Origin: Fimbriosthenelais zetlandica
Taxonomy: Eukaryota
DNA length: 64,000 nucleotides
Reading direction: 5' to 3'
NCBI GenBank assembly: GCA_977030845.1
Contig: OZ365112.1
Span: 26,536,001 to 26,600,000 of the forward strand
Shown: positions 48,171-60,931 of the stretch, one piece after another
Layout: each line of letters opens with the position of its first letter
Position numbering within the stretch: the stretch's first letter is position 1
Program-made: the position numbers and the translations under genes
Notes under the pieces: generated by a model
What the model saw: only the letters and a program-made list of their open reading frames with translations
Database searches by the model: none
Told to the model about the DNA's origin: nothing

Positions 48171-51100
48171 TTGCGTCAAGTGCCATCAGCTTAGGGTGCA
48201 GGTCCACTAGTTGTGCGTTAGTTCTCAGTGGGGTCTGACTTTAAGTCTCACATTTGCTTTCTCCCTCATGACTTCCACGTGAGAGAAGAGTCCGCTCCCT
48301 GTTTCTACAAAGTCTCTGTGTATTTCTCCTTCCGGTGACGCCCACTGAGCAAACTCAGGGCGAGCTCACTTCCTGTGGTCTGTGCAAATTCGACAAGTCC
48401 CCGCCATTATATTTGACCATGCACATCCCTCCCCATCAAAGAAAGGAAACCCCATGAAAGCCAGACATGATAAGTTCCACTCTTTGTTCCCACTTCTTTG
48501 CTCCATTTCCTTTCCAAACTGCCGAGCTCAACAGGTTTATCACGAGCAATTGCCTCCCGCAAATTGAATCTCAGTTTTTGAGCGGGGAAAACAAATATTA
48601 TGCTCAGCCACTGAAAAGAAGGTGGTGGAAAGTTCAATAATCAGGTTAATTGCTTGGTTTCTGGTTCAGATGGTGAGGGTGTTTTTTATTATTTCTAATA
48701 AAGCACCCTAGCCTGATGATGAGGCGTGCCCACTCCGTCATATGAAGGCAGGGGGCGGCTCATTAATATTCTCTCAGGAATGCGCTTCATTCACTAGGCG
48801 GAGGACAAGTTTCATTCCCTTCCTGTGTCAAGGGATCTGACATTAATGAAACATTGTCAGAAGGAAAGTCAAACAGTCTACTCACAATAGACACTTGCTC
48901 CACACAGGGAATAGGCCTTCAGGTTTTCTGTTTGCTTCCCTTTTTCTTTAAAGTTTCTCTCATTTTCTAATACTGTCAGTTGAGACTAAAACTTGGCCTG
49001 TGTTTGAAAAGCTGTTGTTTGAAAAGTAGAGTGCTGCGGTCAGCAAGAGTTATATAGTTCCAGTTAGCATATAGAGTTTTATCATAAATTTGATAAAAGT
49101 CTTCAATTATGCGAGCACCGCATGAAGGAAGTATACAATCAGAAGTGCCAAATTCACATTCCCGCAAATTCTGCGTTTTACAAGCTGTTGTTTGAAAAGC
49201 ATAATGTTGCGGTGAGTGAGCAAGTGAGTGAGCAAGAGCAAAACATGTCACCCACTGTATATGATTCTATATATGTACCAGAAAAAAAGTATCGTTTCTG
49301 AGGTAACAGTTACATAGTCTATATCAAAACAAATATTGATCGTTGATACAAAGTTAATATGTGAAAGCATTATAATAAAAACTGGACTGTAAACACGCGG
49401 AGCCAGGCCATGAATCAATCAGAACTTGTTGATATTGTGCAAACTCTGGTTTGAACCTTGAAGCATGTGTTATGTGGGAAGGTTTGCTGAGTGCAGCTGG
49501 AGGACATGAAAACATGACCATATGTGCCATAGCCATGGCGAAAAACATTAATCATGGCAGGCTCCATGGCTTCTAACATCACCCAACATCGCTCTGCCAC
49601 TTATTGGCCTTCTTTATTCTTTTTTGCTCTAATATATCGCAAAATGTTTTGAATTGCGGCAAGGTCAAACTTAAACATTGTTAAGAACTAGTAGCTCTCT
49701 TCTTGGCACTCAGCAGTAATAGAAGGGTACTAGGACTGGTCGGCCTGGCGTTGTGCACTGTGTGAGGTATCATGCCATAAGCCTGTGACGTGATACCTCA
49801 GTGAGGCAGCCCGATAAAAGACTAATTAGGGCTCACTGTCACAAGTAGGCATCGTCATGAGCTAACTGATGAATTATTGGAAGTGCAGTTAAACCCCATT
49901 AAAAACATGTCACAATACATGTCTGGAGTTTTACTATACAGATATACAAAAACCTTATTTGTTCAACATGTTTTAGCAACTTGTTTTAACATGAATCTGG
50001 TATACTGGGTCATCAATCCTTCATCCTCATCCTTCATCCATATTCCTGATAATTATCTCGGTTTTCAACCATGCAATATGCATGTAAATTCACACTTAAC
50101 CGCGTGCATTCCCGCAGCGCGAAAACGATGATGTCAATAGGGTTTAAGTTACTGACTGCATAAAATGGGTGATTAATGAAAGAGAACTACATTGCTTACA
50201 ACAGAGTACATGGATTATCCATAGAGTACGGAAAAATGTTCATGGAAAAATGTTCATGAGATATTATACTTGCATACCAGAAAAGTATACTTCAGTGTGA
50301 TCATACTTTTTGTGGTTATTTTCACCCAGATAGAACTGGGTTAAACGGAAGTGCATAGCAATTTAATATACTATGATCTGTCAACACAGTTTGACTTCAA
50401 AGCGAAGAAATAAATCCAACATATATTCCAGGAAGCCGGAATATATATACCGAAACCACATCTTTTGAATAAAACATATCCACTTGGGGGCGTCACAGAC
50501 GACAACATTGATATTCCATTCGCATGACCAAGGCTTGTTTGAATCCCTGAAGTGTCCACCGTTGCAGCAATGTTCTGAAAATGTATAAATTTGAGGGGCC
50601 ATTTCTGAAGCACCATTCGCCACCTCTATCATGGTTCCACCTTGCTCCAGTGTACTGCCATCTGTTGCCTTGGTAACAGAGGAGTTTCTGGGTGCATTGT
50701 GGTTAAATGTAGTCGGTGCAGAGAAGTTCATGGCATCACAATACCAAATCCCATCCGAATTTCAATCGAGGAACATGTACGTGACTTTGGAAAAGAAAAT
50801 TAATTTCACATGGACAAGTGGGCTGATATTTATCCATGCATTAGAGAAGTTTATCTAAGTCTTCAGAAGTGAATTTTTTCCATCGGTCAAAGATGAGTCA
50901 AGCAAAGTGTTTTCTATATGCCTTGGAATTGTGGTGAAAGCTGCAGGAGTCAATACTAAAGGTAGGGCAGAGATGTGCCAAAAATCTTCAGTGATATTTA
51001 AATCCATTGTCAATGCAAAAAAGCTAATTTCTTATATTGATTCCTGAAAATTGTTGCCATTTAACCAGAAGAGATACTGAGATACTCATATTTTCTGGGC

Positions 51101-52583
51101 TCCAGAACCTCTAGGAAGGAAAGGTTTTTCGGTTGATTTATATCGTGGGTGCCACCCTGCCGAGTTCTTTTATGGGCAACGCCAATCATGGAGGATATCT
51201 GTGTGCCGAGTTGGGCCATTTGTGTGTTGACATGGTGTAAGATAAGACATGTTAAGATGGCCATTGCACAAGAACACACTCACGCCCCCAAGTGCCATAT
51301 CCATTCCATCAAGCAGAACTAGTACCACATGTAGAGCCCATTTCTAGGAGTCTCAACATTCATATGGAAGGGTACATTGACATGCCTCAGTTACATGGAC
51401 TGAACTAATAAAAGACTTCAAAAGCTACTATTTATGTCAACCAGTATCATGATTCTCTTCTTGTGACTTGATGATTTATGAACGTGATCGAAGTCTGAAT
51501 CACTATCTATTATTAGCGAAAATGACTTTCAAAATCATACATATTTAACAAAAGATGCATCCAACTGTTAATTATTAAATTTAATGTATAACCTTGGGGA
51601 TATGTCAATGCTTAGGAAGACCTGTGCAAGGCAAGGCAATTCAATGCTAAATCAGTGGAAGATGAAGAGGTCAGAGATAATCCTGTATAAGTGACCCCTG
51701 GATCAGACTATAGCCGGTTTGTGGAGACATCTTATCAGTTAAATATAATCTGAGCTGCTTTATATATGTGATACGTGCATGTAGTATTCATGATTCAATT
51801 ACCAGCATACATGATTCAATATGAGAGGATCGATGCTCATGTGTCCAGATCTGGTTCAGTGCTACTGCCACTTCAGGCTGTTTTCATATCGATAGACCTG
51901 TTATCTCATTATGAGCATCAGGGGAGGGGGTTACGCAAGAATCCCTATACACTGGATTACATGCATGAACAGGCAAGACATACATCTATATGGTACAACT
52001 TGAATTATTGAGGAGGACACTATAATGTCCCATTATTTATACATTCTAAGCTCTTCCAAGGTCCATATTTTAGTGGGTTTGTTCTCAGGATTGGAGCGAT
52101 AACATAATTTTTGACCTCAATTCATCCTAGTAGAACACTGAACCATTATGCTGAATCCCCATTGTTGGGAGGTTCCTTATCATTTTGATCAAGGATCTTT
52201 CCAAGACCAGGTATAGAGTGGAATATTTCGTTCCATGTCCTTGTACAAGGTAGGTGTGAGTGTATTCTTTTCATTGCACGTGTCGTTTGTTCTCTTCTAA
52301 TTTGTAGCTTCTTAAAGTTTTCTGTCGAAACAAATGACTTATACACTAATAGGGGGCACAACAACTTGTGTACATAGGTCAACAGCTTTTGTACATAGGT
52401 CAACTAGTTGTTATATTATATATTAGGTATGATATGACACTATTGTCCATATTTCCTTGACATTGACTTGCCAATAAAACTTCATCATTTTTTTTTCATT
52501 ACAGGAGGAAAGCGGACTCCATGCATTCACAAGTCATGTACTTTTACGGATAAAGTGAGGCCAGATCTTTGGAATCTCATAAA

Positions 52584-54047
52584 ATGATGGATACGGTAGC
52601 ATCCACATCCATCTACATGTCTCGTTATCTTGAGAACATCTCCAATGTATCCACCACTTTATCCTCACCTTCGCTGCCGACCAGCTGCACCATACTGGAC
52701 AGCAGATGTATGAACAAATGGAGGGATTTTCAGTTTTTTGCCCTGGCTGTGATCATACCGCTGGGGCTGGTGTTTAACAGTGTGTGTTTTGGTGTGTTTG
52801 CCGTGTCATGGATGAGGAGAACCATACCGGGCCGTTATTTCATGGCCTTGGCTTTGGCTGATAACCTCGTCCTCACGGGAGAGCTAATAAAATGGCTGAA
52901 CACGTCAGATCCGGACCGGGGTCCCAAGTTGGGCATGGACTTCGTCAACACTGTGGACGGCATGTGTAAGTTTTTTAATTTCCTGCGTTACGGGGCCCGG
53001 ATGTGGTCATCCTGGGTGACCATCAGCATCACTATAGAACGATTCCTCACAGTGACCTTCCCTTTCAAAATCAGGAGGATATCCAGTCCCACCAAGGCCG
53101 TCATTGTGGTGGCCATTGAGGCTGCCTTCTGCTTCTGTTTGGCTTCATTTGCATTCTTTACTCTGTATTCAGGGCCGAATCGGGGTAAGATTATGTGTAT
53201 TATCCACCCGGAGAAATACAGCATTTACGCTTGGTTTATCCTTATTCTACAAGCGGGTATTGGAGAGCTGGTTTTCCCAAGTATCATAGTGTTGGTTTTT
53301 ACGGTGTTGATCATAAGGAAGTTACTTCAAGCCCGGAAGAGGCGACAGTCGCTGAGCACGACAGAGACCATGAGCCGGAGAAGGCAGTCCCATCCCACCA
53401 TAGCCCTGGTTATTATAGCCATCACCTTTGTTACCATCAGAATGCCGTATGTTATAATGTTTCATATAAACCAATTCAGTCAGAAGATCTGGCCGGATAT
53501 TACACATCGTGAACGCTATATAATCTATGTCATGTATAGAATCTCGGAAGTTCTAGCAGTGCTGAATTATGCCATCAATTTCTTGCTCTTCTGTGTGGCG
53601 GGGAATACCTTCAGGGTGGAAATGATGAAGTGCTGCCCCTGGGCTCCCGTGGCCGAGCCGAGAATTAGTCAAACTCGCACGTCCAGTGTGTCCCTCTACC
53701 GGGAAAGGAATTCCATAAGGAATTCCATTAACACAGAGATCTATCTGAGAACCTATGGGAAGACTTCCGTACGAAAGCTGACAGCTGGTAACTGTGCTGC
53801 CCTGCTGGAGGACAGTCCCTCCAGCAGTGGCTCCTCTAGTGTTAAAGCACAAAAACCAACAGACTCAGAAGGCGAACTGAAGCCGCTCAAGGAACCGGAC
53901 GAGAGAGATTTAATAATAGTGGAAAATAATTCAGGGCAAAAGAAGTGTTGGATGAAAAAACCGAAAAATGAGATCGTATACAAATGGCGAGACCATTTAC
54001 TGAATGAAGACAATACTCCAAATAATACAGACAAAGATGATATTTGA
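52584..54047 (+). CDS. Class A (rhodopsin-family) GPCR, FMRFamide/peptide-receptor-like orphan, intronless CDS (487 aa)
   Basis: Seven hydrophobic segments with family motifs: TM1 LGLVFN, TM2 LALADNL, TM3 CKFF..TIERF, FPFK, TM6 FVTIRMP, TM7 NYAINFLLFC. First in-frame ATG is 52584; the ORF track's TTG start is not used in eukaryotes. Ligand unknown. Confidence 0.92.
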   Translation: MMDTVASTSIYMSRYLENISNVSTTLSSPSLPTSCTILDSRCMNKWRDFQFFALAVIIPLGLVFNSVCFGVFAVSWMRRTIPGRYFMALALADNLVLTGELIKWLNTSDPDRGPKLGMDFVNTVDGMCKFFNFLRYGARMWSSWVTISITIERFLTVTFPFKIRRISSPTKAVIVVAIEAAFCFCLASFAFFTLYSGPNRGKIMCIIHPEKYSIYAWFILILQAGIGELVFPSIIVLVFTVLIIRKLLQARKRRQSLSTTETMSRRRQSHPTIALVIIAITFVTIRMPYVIMFHINQFSQKIWPDITHRERYIIYVMYRISEVLAVLNYAINFLLFCVAGNTFRVEMMKCCPWAPVAEPRISQTRTSSVSLYRERNSIRNSINTEIYLRTYGKTSVRKLTAGNCAALLEDSPSSSGSSSVKAQKPTDSEGELKPLKEPDERDLIIVENNSGQKKCWMKKPKNEIVYKWRDHLLNEDNTPNNTDKDDI

Positions 54048-57000
54048 AATAATTAAGAGAAGATAATTAAGATTATTGGAATCAAAATGGTATATTTTAA
54101 GGAAATGAAATATAATTCCTTGGTTCTGTGGTTAAACAGTAGAACAGTCGTAGTACAGCTTAGCTTCTATTTTTCTTGTCATTGTCTTATCATAAACTGT
54201 TTAATCAGCAAGTGTTGAATTGTCTCTTCACAGAGTGTTCCATGTTATTCAGTCACTTGGGTGCTGAACTGTCAAAAACCCTGATATGCTTGATGTATGT
54301 CACATTCTCATTGCCAGAAAGGAATTATTTCAATATAATAAACCAATTACTCGGAGATGAGTAGGTTTCATTCTTTCATTAGCGGCACATTCGGTTGTAG
54401 TTGTCTGTAAAAGGTAAACTGTTCAGGGTTGTTTAAACTGTCCTGAAGAAAATCAGTCTGATGGGAAACTATTTTGTATTATATATCAATCAAATGCGAA
54501 TAATTAATAATGACTTCAAAGCATAATTTGATTTATAAACCAATTGGTCTTTCCCGGATGCGTGTAGAAGTATCTAGTTAATTATGAGTTGATTTATGAG
54601 AAGTTACTGAAGGAATCCAGGTGCAAACACTCACATCATAATAATTATGACCTAACCAACATGGTACGTGCTAAAGTTATAAGTTCCTGCTTCCTGCAGG
54701 TCTACCTGCCTATGGGGACTAGGGGTGTATAGATCAATGTCGCGGGTGTTTATGGCAGTAGGGTGAGATGGTTGACAGGGATATATCATTCTGGTGGAGG
54801 GGGTATGTTCGTGAAGTTCTCCCTTTTATCCAATAGATGCCTAAAGAGCTTCTGTCAATGAAGAAGCGGAATAATTCATGGGCTTTTACCTGTTACAAGC
54901 AACAGTATGACCTTCTCAACCCTCATTCATTAGGTCTAACACTTAGGGACAAATGACTACTCCCTCACTGTCACGGAGCCCCAATAAATGCGGCATTCAT
55001 GTATGGCATCATAGGTCATAACGGTATGTTGGTTCTACGAATAAATTACTTTCAAGTGCAGATTACGCAAGTATGATTAAATCCATGCATTAACAGTTGG
55101 CAATGGAATTGATACATATACAGGATACTTGGACCGTTAACTTTCAAGAGCTTTTAATGAAAATGAAGGAGATTCGATGCTAACATTCCTATAGAAGTAT
55201 GAAGTTATAACATCATCATAATACCTATATAAAATAACAGAAGAAGATAAAAACAAACTTGAAAGAATCCGTAGATTCCGAAAAAAAACTTTCCATAATA
55301 CACGCTCTGCACATACCCCAAAATGCACATTTCATTTCCATTAATACATAAAAGAAAGGCAATAAAATGGGATCCGATCAGTATTAAGGTCAGCTTCGAT
55401 AATGGATGTTAATTATAAAAAAAAGTTATTTGGTGTAATGTTCTCCATCAAACCTGGATTTTTTTCTGACAGCAAAGTAAACTGTATTCTTATCTGGTTC
55501 TTCGTGTCATGATAAGTGATTGGGGAGTGATTATATTGCAATATGCACTCCAACAAATAAGTGTTTCACTGATTATTAAGAGCCGGGGGTTATTCCGGGT
55601 TACCTCTATCACAACATGCGACCCTTGGACCTGAAACCCACTTCATGATGAGAGGGACTGATAGGCGGGCACGGGAGTGCAAAGTGCAATATCGCCTGTC
55701 AATCAGATCAGTGAGAAGGTGTCCAAGATTCATGTCATGGGCGTTACTGAATACATGACAGATAGGTCCACACCTATAGTGTCCTTCTAGGTTTTTTTCT
55801 CTTTTTTGAAGGAAGGTTACGGATCGTTTCTAGGCACCGAAGGCATGGAAAAGGATGTGAAGAAATGGACAATGGTATGGAACAGCACGTAGATGACACT
55901 GATGGATTAGGCTCTATGTAAACGAAATATGGCCAAGCAATTGAGAAAGATGTACCAAGGGGGAAAAGGATGTAAATATACATCTTGTTTCAAGGCGAGA
56001 AGATGATTAAAAAACCTAGTAGAATTTCATATTTAGCCCAATTTCAGAAATTAATAGGGGTCAGAAGATTTTTCACCAACAGATTGCCCCTTTTAAGCGG
56101 CTTATTTTGGAGGAAGTTCCAGTTCGCTCGTATATAACGGGACTTGAACATTGATTCGTATACAACAGATGAACTTACATATATATTCCCGATCACTACT
56201 TTCAGACCTGGGATAGTTGGCAAAAGTTTGACATCTGTGCATAATTCATTGCTTGAGGAATGCGCAGATTGGGAATGCATGGTTCAACTCTGGAAAGGAG
56301 TTTTTAGAATCCCCAAGCACGTCCGTCAGCTTGCCATGTGTAATCGAACCTGAATAAGCAGGGATTGATTACCAAGAAATTACGCCTTCAAGTCCCAAAG
56401 GATGTTTTAATCTGAGCAAACCAGGAAAAACAATGCTAAAGAAATTCATAAGCCTTGCAAAGCGAGCAAGGCTGCTGACTGCCAAAAGAGATCTGAATCC
56501 AGAAGTGAAAAAACAGGAAAGAAATTCCCCTCTCAACGTGTGGAGGATTGTTAAAGAACCCCAGTATAGATTGTCGATGGGATCGTTCAGTAGAAGGTTT
56601 TACATTCCATGTCAAATGTTCTGGATTGCTCTTGAGGCATTGCTCACATTTTCATGCAAGCATACTGGGATCATAGATTTTTAACGGTAGAATATCAGTC
56701 AATATCTCTGTTGACAAAGACTTTTCACCATTCTTCTTTGTCACGGCCACATTGTCACATAATCATCCGTTTTGACTTTGTCTTGCATTATTCAATACCC
56801 ATTGAAAGGCAATACGGCCGAATTCTACTTGGTTTCCATGAACAACTATACTGCATAAGAGGGGTGTACATGGCTATTGAGCTAATTATCTTTTGTTCCG
56901 TGGGAGAGAAACCCTTCCACGTTGGCTCCTCCAAGGACGAGGTAAGCTCGTTTGTGTCACGTACCTGCAAGGCCTCTGTGTAAAATCAATGACCAACATG

Positions 57001-60000
57001 CAGTGAATGTTATGAAGATAAAGGCTTTGCCGCTCACGGAATAAATTATACCCACATCCTATATACACCACCTTCTTTTATTAATAGGCAACGAGCAAAT
57101 TCAAGTCTTTCAAGATACTGGCGTGAGCAACTCAAGAGCTTTTCACCCAGCCTAAAATGCCTTCAGCTTTCTGGTGCAACAGAGGAACCATATAATTACA
57201 AAGTTCTGTGTTGGTAAAGTTGGCTTCCAATAAAAGTATGTAAGTTTTTGTCTCTGAAGAGTTGAACAAAGCGATTGGCATCTTCGAAAAGACCAATCCA
57301 ATACAACTTACATAGGTGTGGCAAAACTGTGTGGAAAAAGCTATCAGTTTACGGATAAGCATCCTCCGTAATTTGCGCTTGGTGGGTTGGGGTCTTCAAT
57401 TCTCAGGATGCGCATAAATGTCACATTTGATTGAAGAGTTTCTTTGTCATTCATTTGATAACTTTCGTGAATTGATTTCCCATAAATTTGGGAAGCAAAA
57501 AACTGCTAGCACTTTGTGGCTATTAATAAACAATACAGAAATTCAATATCCACAAGTGGGAAGGAACTTGAAGGCAATTGGTGTCCTTCTGTGAGTCACC
57601 GCAAAAGAGAAGCTTAGAAACTTTCTATGTTTTCATGGTATAATTTAGTGTAGGCCTAATGACAGTGGACAAGTTTTCTTTCATCCCAGGTTTTGAGGCC
57701 CAGTGTTAGGACACCAAAGTCTTTCATTAACACTCATGCAGACTCCTGCCTTTGATTTTGCACTGTGAGCGTCTACACTGAGAGGACTAAGATATAAATG
57801 ATCCGTTAAGTTATAGGGTTCTGTTGGTGGTAGATTGGGTTCAGTCTTGTACCGGACCACGTCTGTGTGGTGTATGTTTAGTAGTGCCAGCAGTGGGCGG
57901 TTCTGATGTGACGAGGGAAGCTGGAGAGCTTATTGGAGGAGCACTGGTACCAGTGACACGGAGGAATGGGCATCTCTGGTACGCACAATATAAAGGCGTT
58001 AAGGCACAAATTGGGACTACACAGTCACAGTCAACTCCCCTACAGAAACTAAATAACGATTCAATGGACAGAGAAGGACACGATTTTGATAGTGGTATTT
58101 GGTATCAAGCTTGGCTGAACTGACTTCAAGAAAGAGGTAAGTATATTATTATTATGATTAATTGGATTCAAATTCGTTGTACATCAAAATAATCTGATAG
58201 ATATATTTATGTTATATACCTGTAAATATAAGCCAGTCACTCGTGTCATTTTATAAGTTCACAGTGTTAAAATGACTTATGACTTTGACTGAGCCCAGTG
58301 ATCGATATCATTCTGGTCCATCTGACACTTTTTTAATAGGCACCTATTCCATGTTTGACATCATATTGAAAAAATATCCCACTAGGAAGTGATAATCATA
58401 TAAACTCCATGTGCAGTCATGACTTCAGGATAAAATTACCGATGCGACGCCTCTGCCAGAGACAAACATAACAGTCTAAACTGCTGGAGATCTAAAGACA
58501 AAAACACTAGCAACATGTCATTTATCTTAAAGCGCATATAAATGCCCACATCCTATGATGAATGTACGTCCAGATTAACAGACCAATGCCAGTTAAACAC
58601 TCTTATAAATGCACACAGGAGGCTAGAATTGTTAATTAAGGTGAAAACAGAGCTTATACCCCGAGATATTACCCAAGGATAGAATAACCAATGTTCAAAC
58701 CCAAAGACATTATTCTGACATTTATGGAAGTAGTATAAGAAATGAATTTTGTTGAAGGGTATAATAATCACTGCAGCAGGCATGGACAAGTCCTTAGTCA
58801 TTATCTTCAGTTTGCAGAGGGTGTCTATTGTACCTCTATAGTTATTGCCAGATATATTGCTCTGTATGCTGTTTCTAAAGGAAGTCACAGACTATTCCCT
58901 GTCGGGATACGATACACTGTCAGAGTTAAGATTGGGTTCGTGCTAGGAATGTGGCAATCACACTATTCAAACAATCTTGGAGCTCCTTTTCATGGAGGGC
59001 TCCAGATTTGGTTTCTAGGCACGGAGGAAAAACCATGTTTCCCTGCTATCTGGTCATAAGAGAAACTATAGCCATCTGATGATGAACATATAGTATAATT
59101 ATGCAGCCTGCATATTGCAGAACAGGTGCTCAACTGTAGATATAAATCTATAGTAAGCTTTATGCACTTTTTTGTTTAATAAAATTGTTTAGTAAAATAA
59201 TATTTAAATTGTGGAGATTTTGAAAGATCCTCTCCCTAGAAGCAAATTGCTGTATGAAAATGAAAAAAAACAGCTGGAATTTTCCAAGAGTTGATGTAAA
59301 TCTATAGTTGCATTAAGTATGACTGAAAGGACCCTATAGTGGGACCTCTGATTACGGGACAAGACTGCTATATTTAGTCCAGCCCTATCGATTCTTCCAT
59401 AATTATGAAGACCTGCTTCTGACAACAATATTGACTTCATTCCCTTATTGGTCCCGCTATGCTCCTCTTAGAACCCTGAGGAAGCAGAAGATGGTCTTAT
59501 ATTACAGATGAAAAATTAATCAGTCTTGCCAAGAAATCCTTTTGTCGATATGCTAAGCAAATCATGAGTTTGACCTAAAAGATAGGGAGTATACCGTACT
59601 TCTTAGACAAACGATTCTCGGATCAAACATTCTGTACATTTGACAGAAAGGGTCCTTGATTTGAGACAAGTGGGACCGATGCCATTCTAAAATCTAAAAT
59701 TATGTCAATAATGTAGCAATTTTTTAATTGTACAATGTATTGAAAGCATTTTATGATCTGGAAATGTTTGCTTTACACCCCATTCAACCAGCTAAAAGGG
59801 ATATCCTTTAGTTACTTTTGCCATGTAATAATAAAATCATGCGCTCCATTATGTTTTGCGTTGTGCCCGCATATGAAAAGCAACAAGCAATTTGATTGTG
59901 CTAGACCGGTATTCAATGTTATGTATGCAATTGCAACGGAGGCAGCAATGAAATTCAAATTCCCTGAAAGCTGAGTGCAGTCCAACAAAAGATGCTTTGA

Positions 60001-60593
60001 TAACATTGCGGTGCGATGAACAAAAGAGTAACATTATGTTTTGCATTAATAACAGAAAAGTTTACATATCAATGTAAGTTTACTTATTGTTAATGTGAGC
60101 CACCCTCCTGGAGACTAGCTTTATGATTAGGAGTTAGTTGGCATTAGTGTTTAATTTCTCCTGTTTGTTCCAGCAATGAGTTGGCGAAACAAGCTTTGTG
60201 CTTTAAACAGGCAACGTGTGAATGCTAATTTAAGCTTAGAAACTAGAACCCATGTAGCTTAACGGGTGTAGCATTATTAGTATAAAAAGGGTTGGGAGTC
60301 TATAGGGCATGCTGGTCACTTGTTGACTACTAATATTGTAGGCAACATTTGGGATTCCTTGCTGATTCCCCAACAGTTATGGAACATTATCTTTTTGAAA
60401 ACGTCGTGTCATTCGCAAAAAGGTACACCACACCTTAGTTAGTGCTGAACTATGCTATTTGGATAATTGACTGTGTATTTCTGTAAGGAAGGTGAGGCAC
60501 CCATTATTTTATATTATAATAAAAGATAACAGGCGAACCAGCAAGCTTATGCATCCGGTATGTCTTAATTCGAACCCATATTTAAACTTACAG

Positions 60594-60651
60594 GATTGCG
60601 CCTGTCTGGCCAGTGCATGATCAGCTGGTCTCTGAGTGCAGCAACGCAGGT
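60594..60651 (+). other. Candidate 5'-UTR exon of the class C GPCR
   Basis: Acceptor ACTTACAG at 60593, donor GTAAGG at 60652, and next acceptor TTGTTTCAG at 60909, 22 nt before the ATG. A further strong donor at 58137 (GAG|GTAAGT) may end an earlier exon. Confidence 0.3.
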
Positions 60652-60931
60652 GTAAGGCAGGAGGATTTTATGTGCATTGGGTCATTTTTATAGGTTTTCT
60701 GAAAGGGCTTAGTTCTGGATTTTATTATATTCATGCCATTATGTAGGGTATATACTTTTGTAATTATCCAGCCTTCTCAGAGAAACGAGATACCTATGCA
60801 CGAAATATCCAGAAAAAGTTTTCAACGAGAACATAAAATCTCTTCATGACAACAGTTCAACACAGTTTAACTCTTAAGAGTACAACAATTGTTTTCTGCT
60901 TTGTTTCAGACATCTGGATTAAAGATTTAAA

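Noticed and set aside
49005-49240. Short degenerate direct repeat (AAGCTGTTGTTTGAAAAG..TGCGGT..GCAAG)
   Set aside because: Too short and too close together to be LTRs. Probably a local duplication, as are the two-copy repeats near 14345, 50230 and 52365.
50371-51400. Short minus-strand ORFs with CEWNI- and PPSGY-like words
   Set aside because: No coherent domain, splice structure or family motif. Consistent with chance or unrecognisably decayed sequence.
55774-57362. Cluster of 60-110 aa ORFs between the two GPCRs, possibly a decayed transposon or gene
   Set aside because: I recognised no RT, transposase, integrase or LRR motif in the frames I translated.
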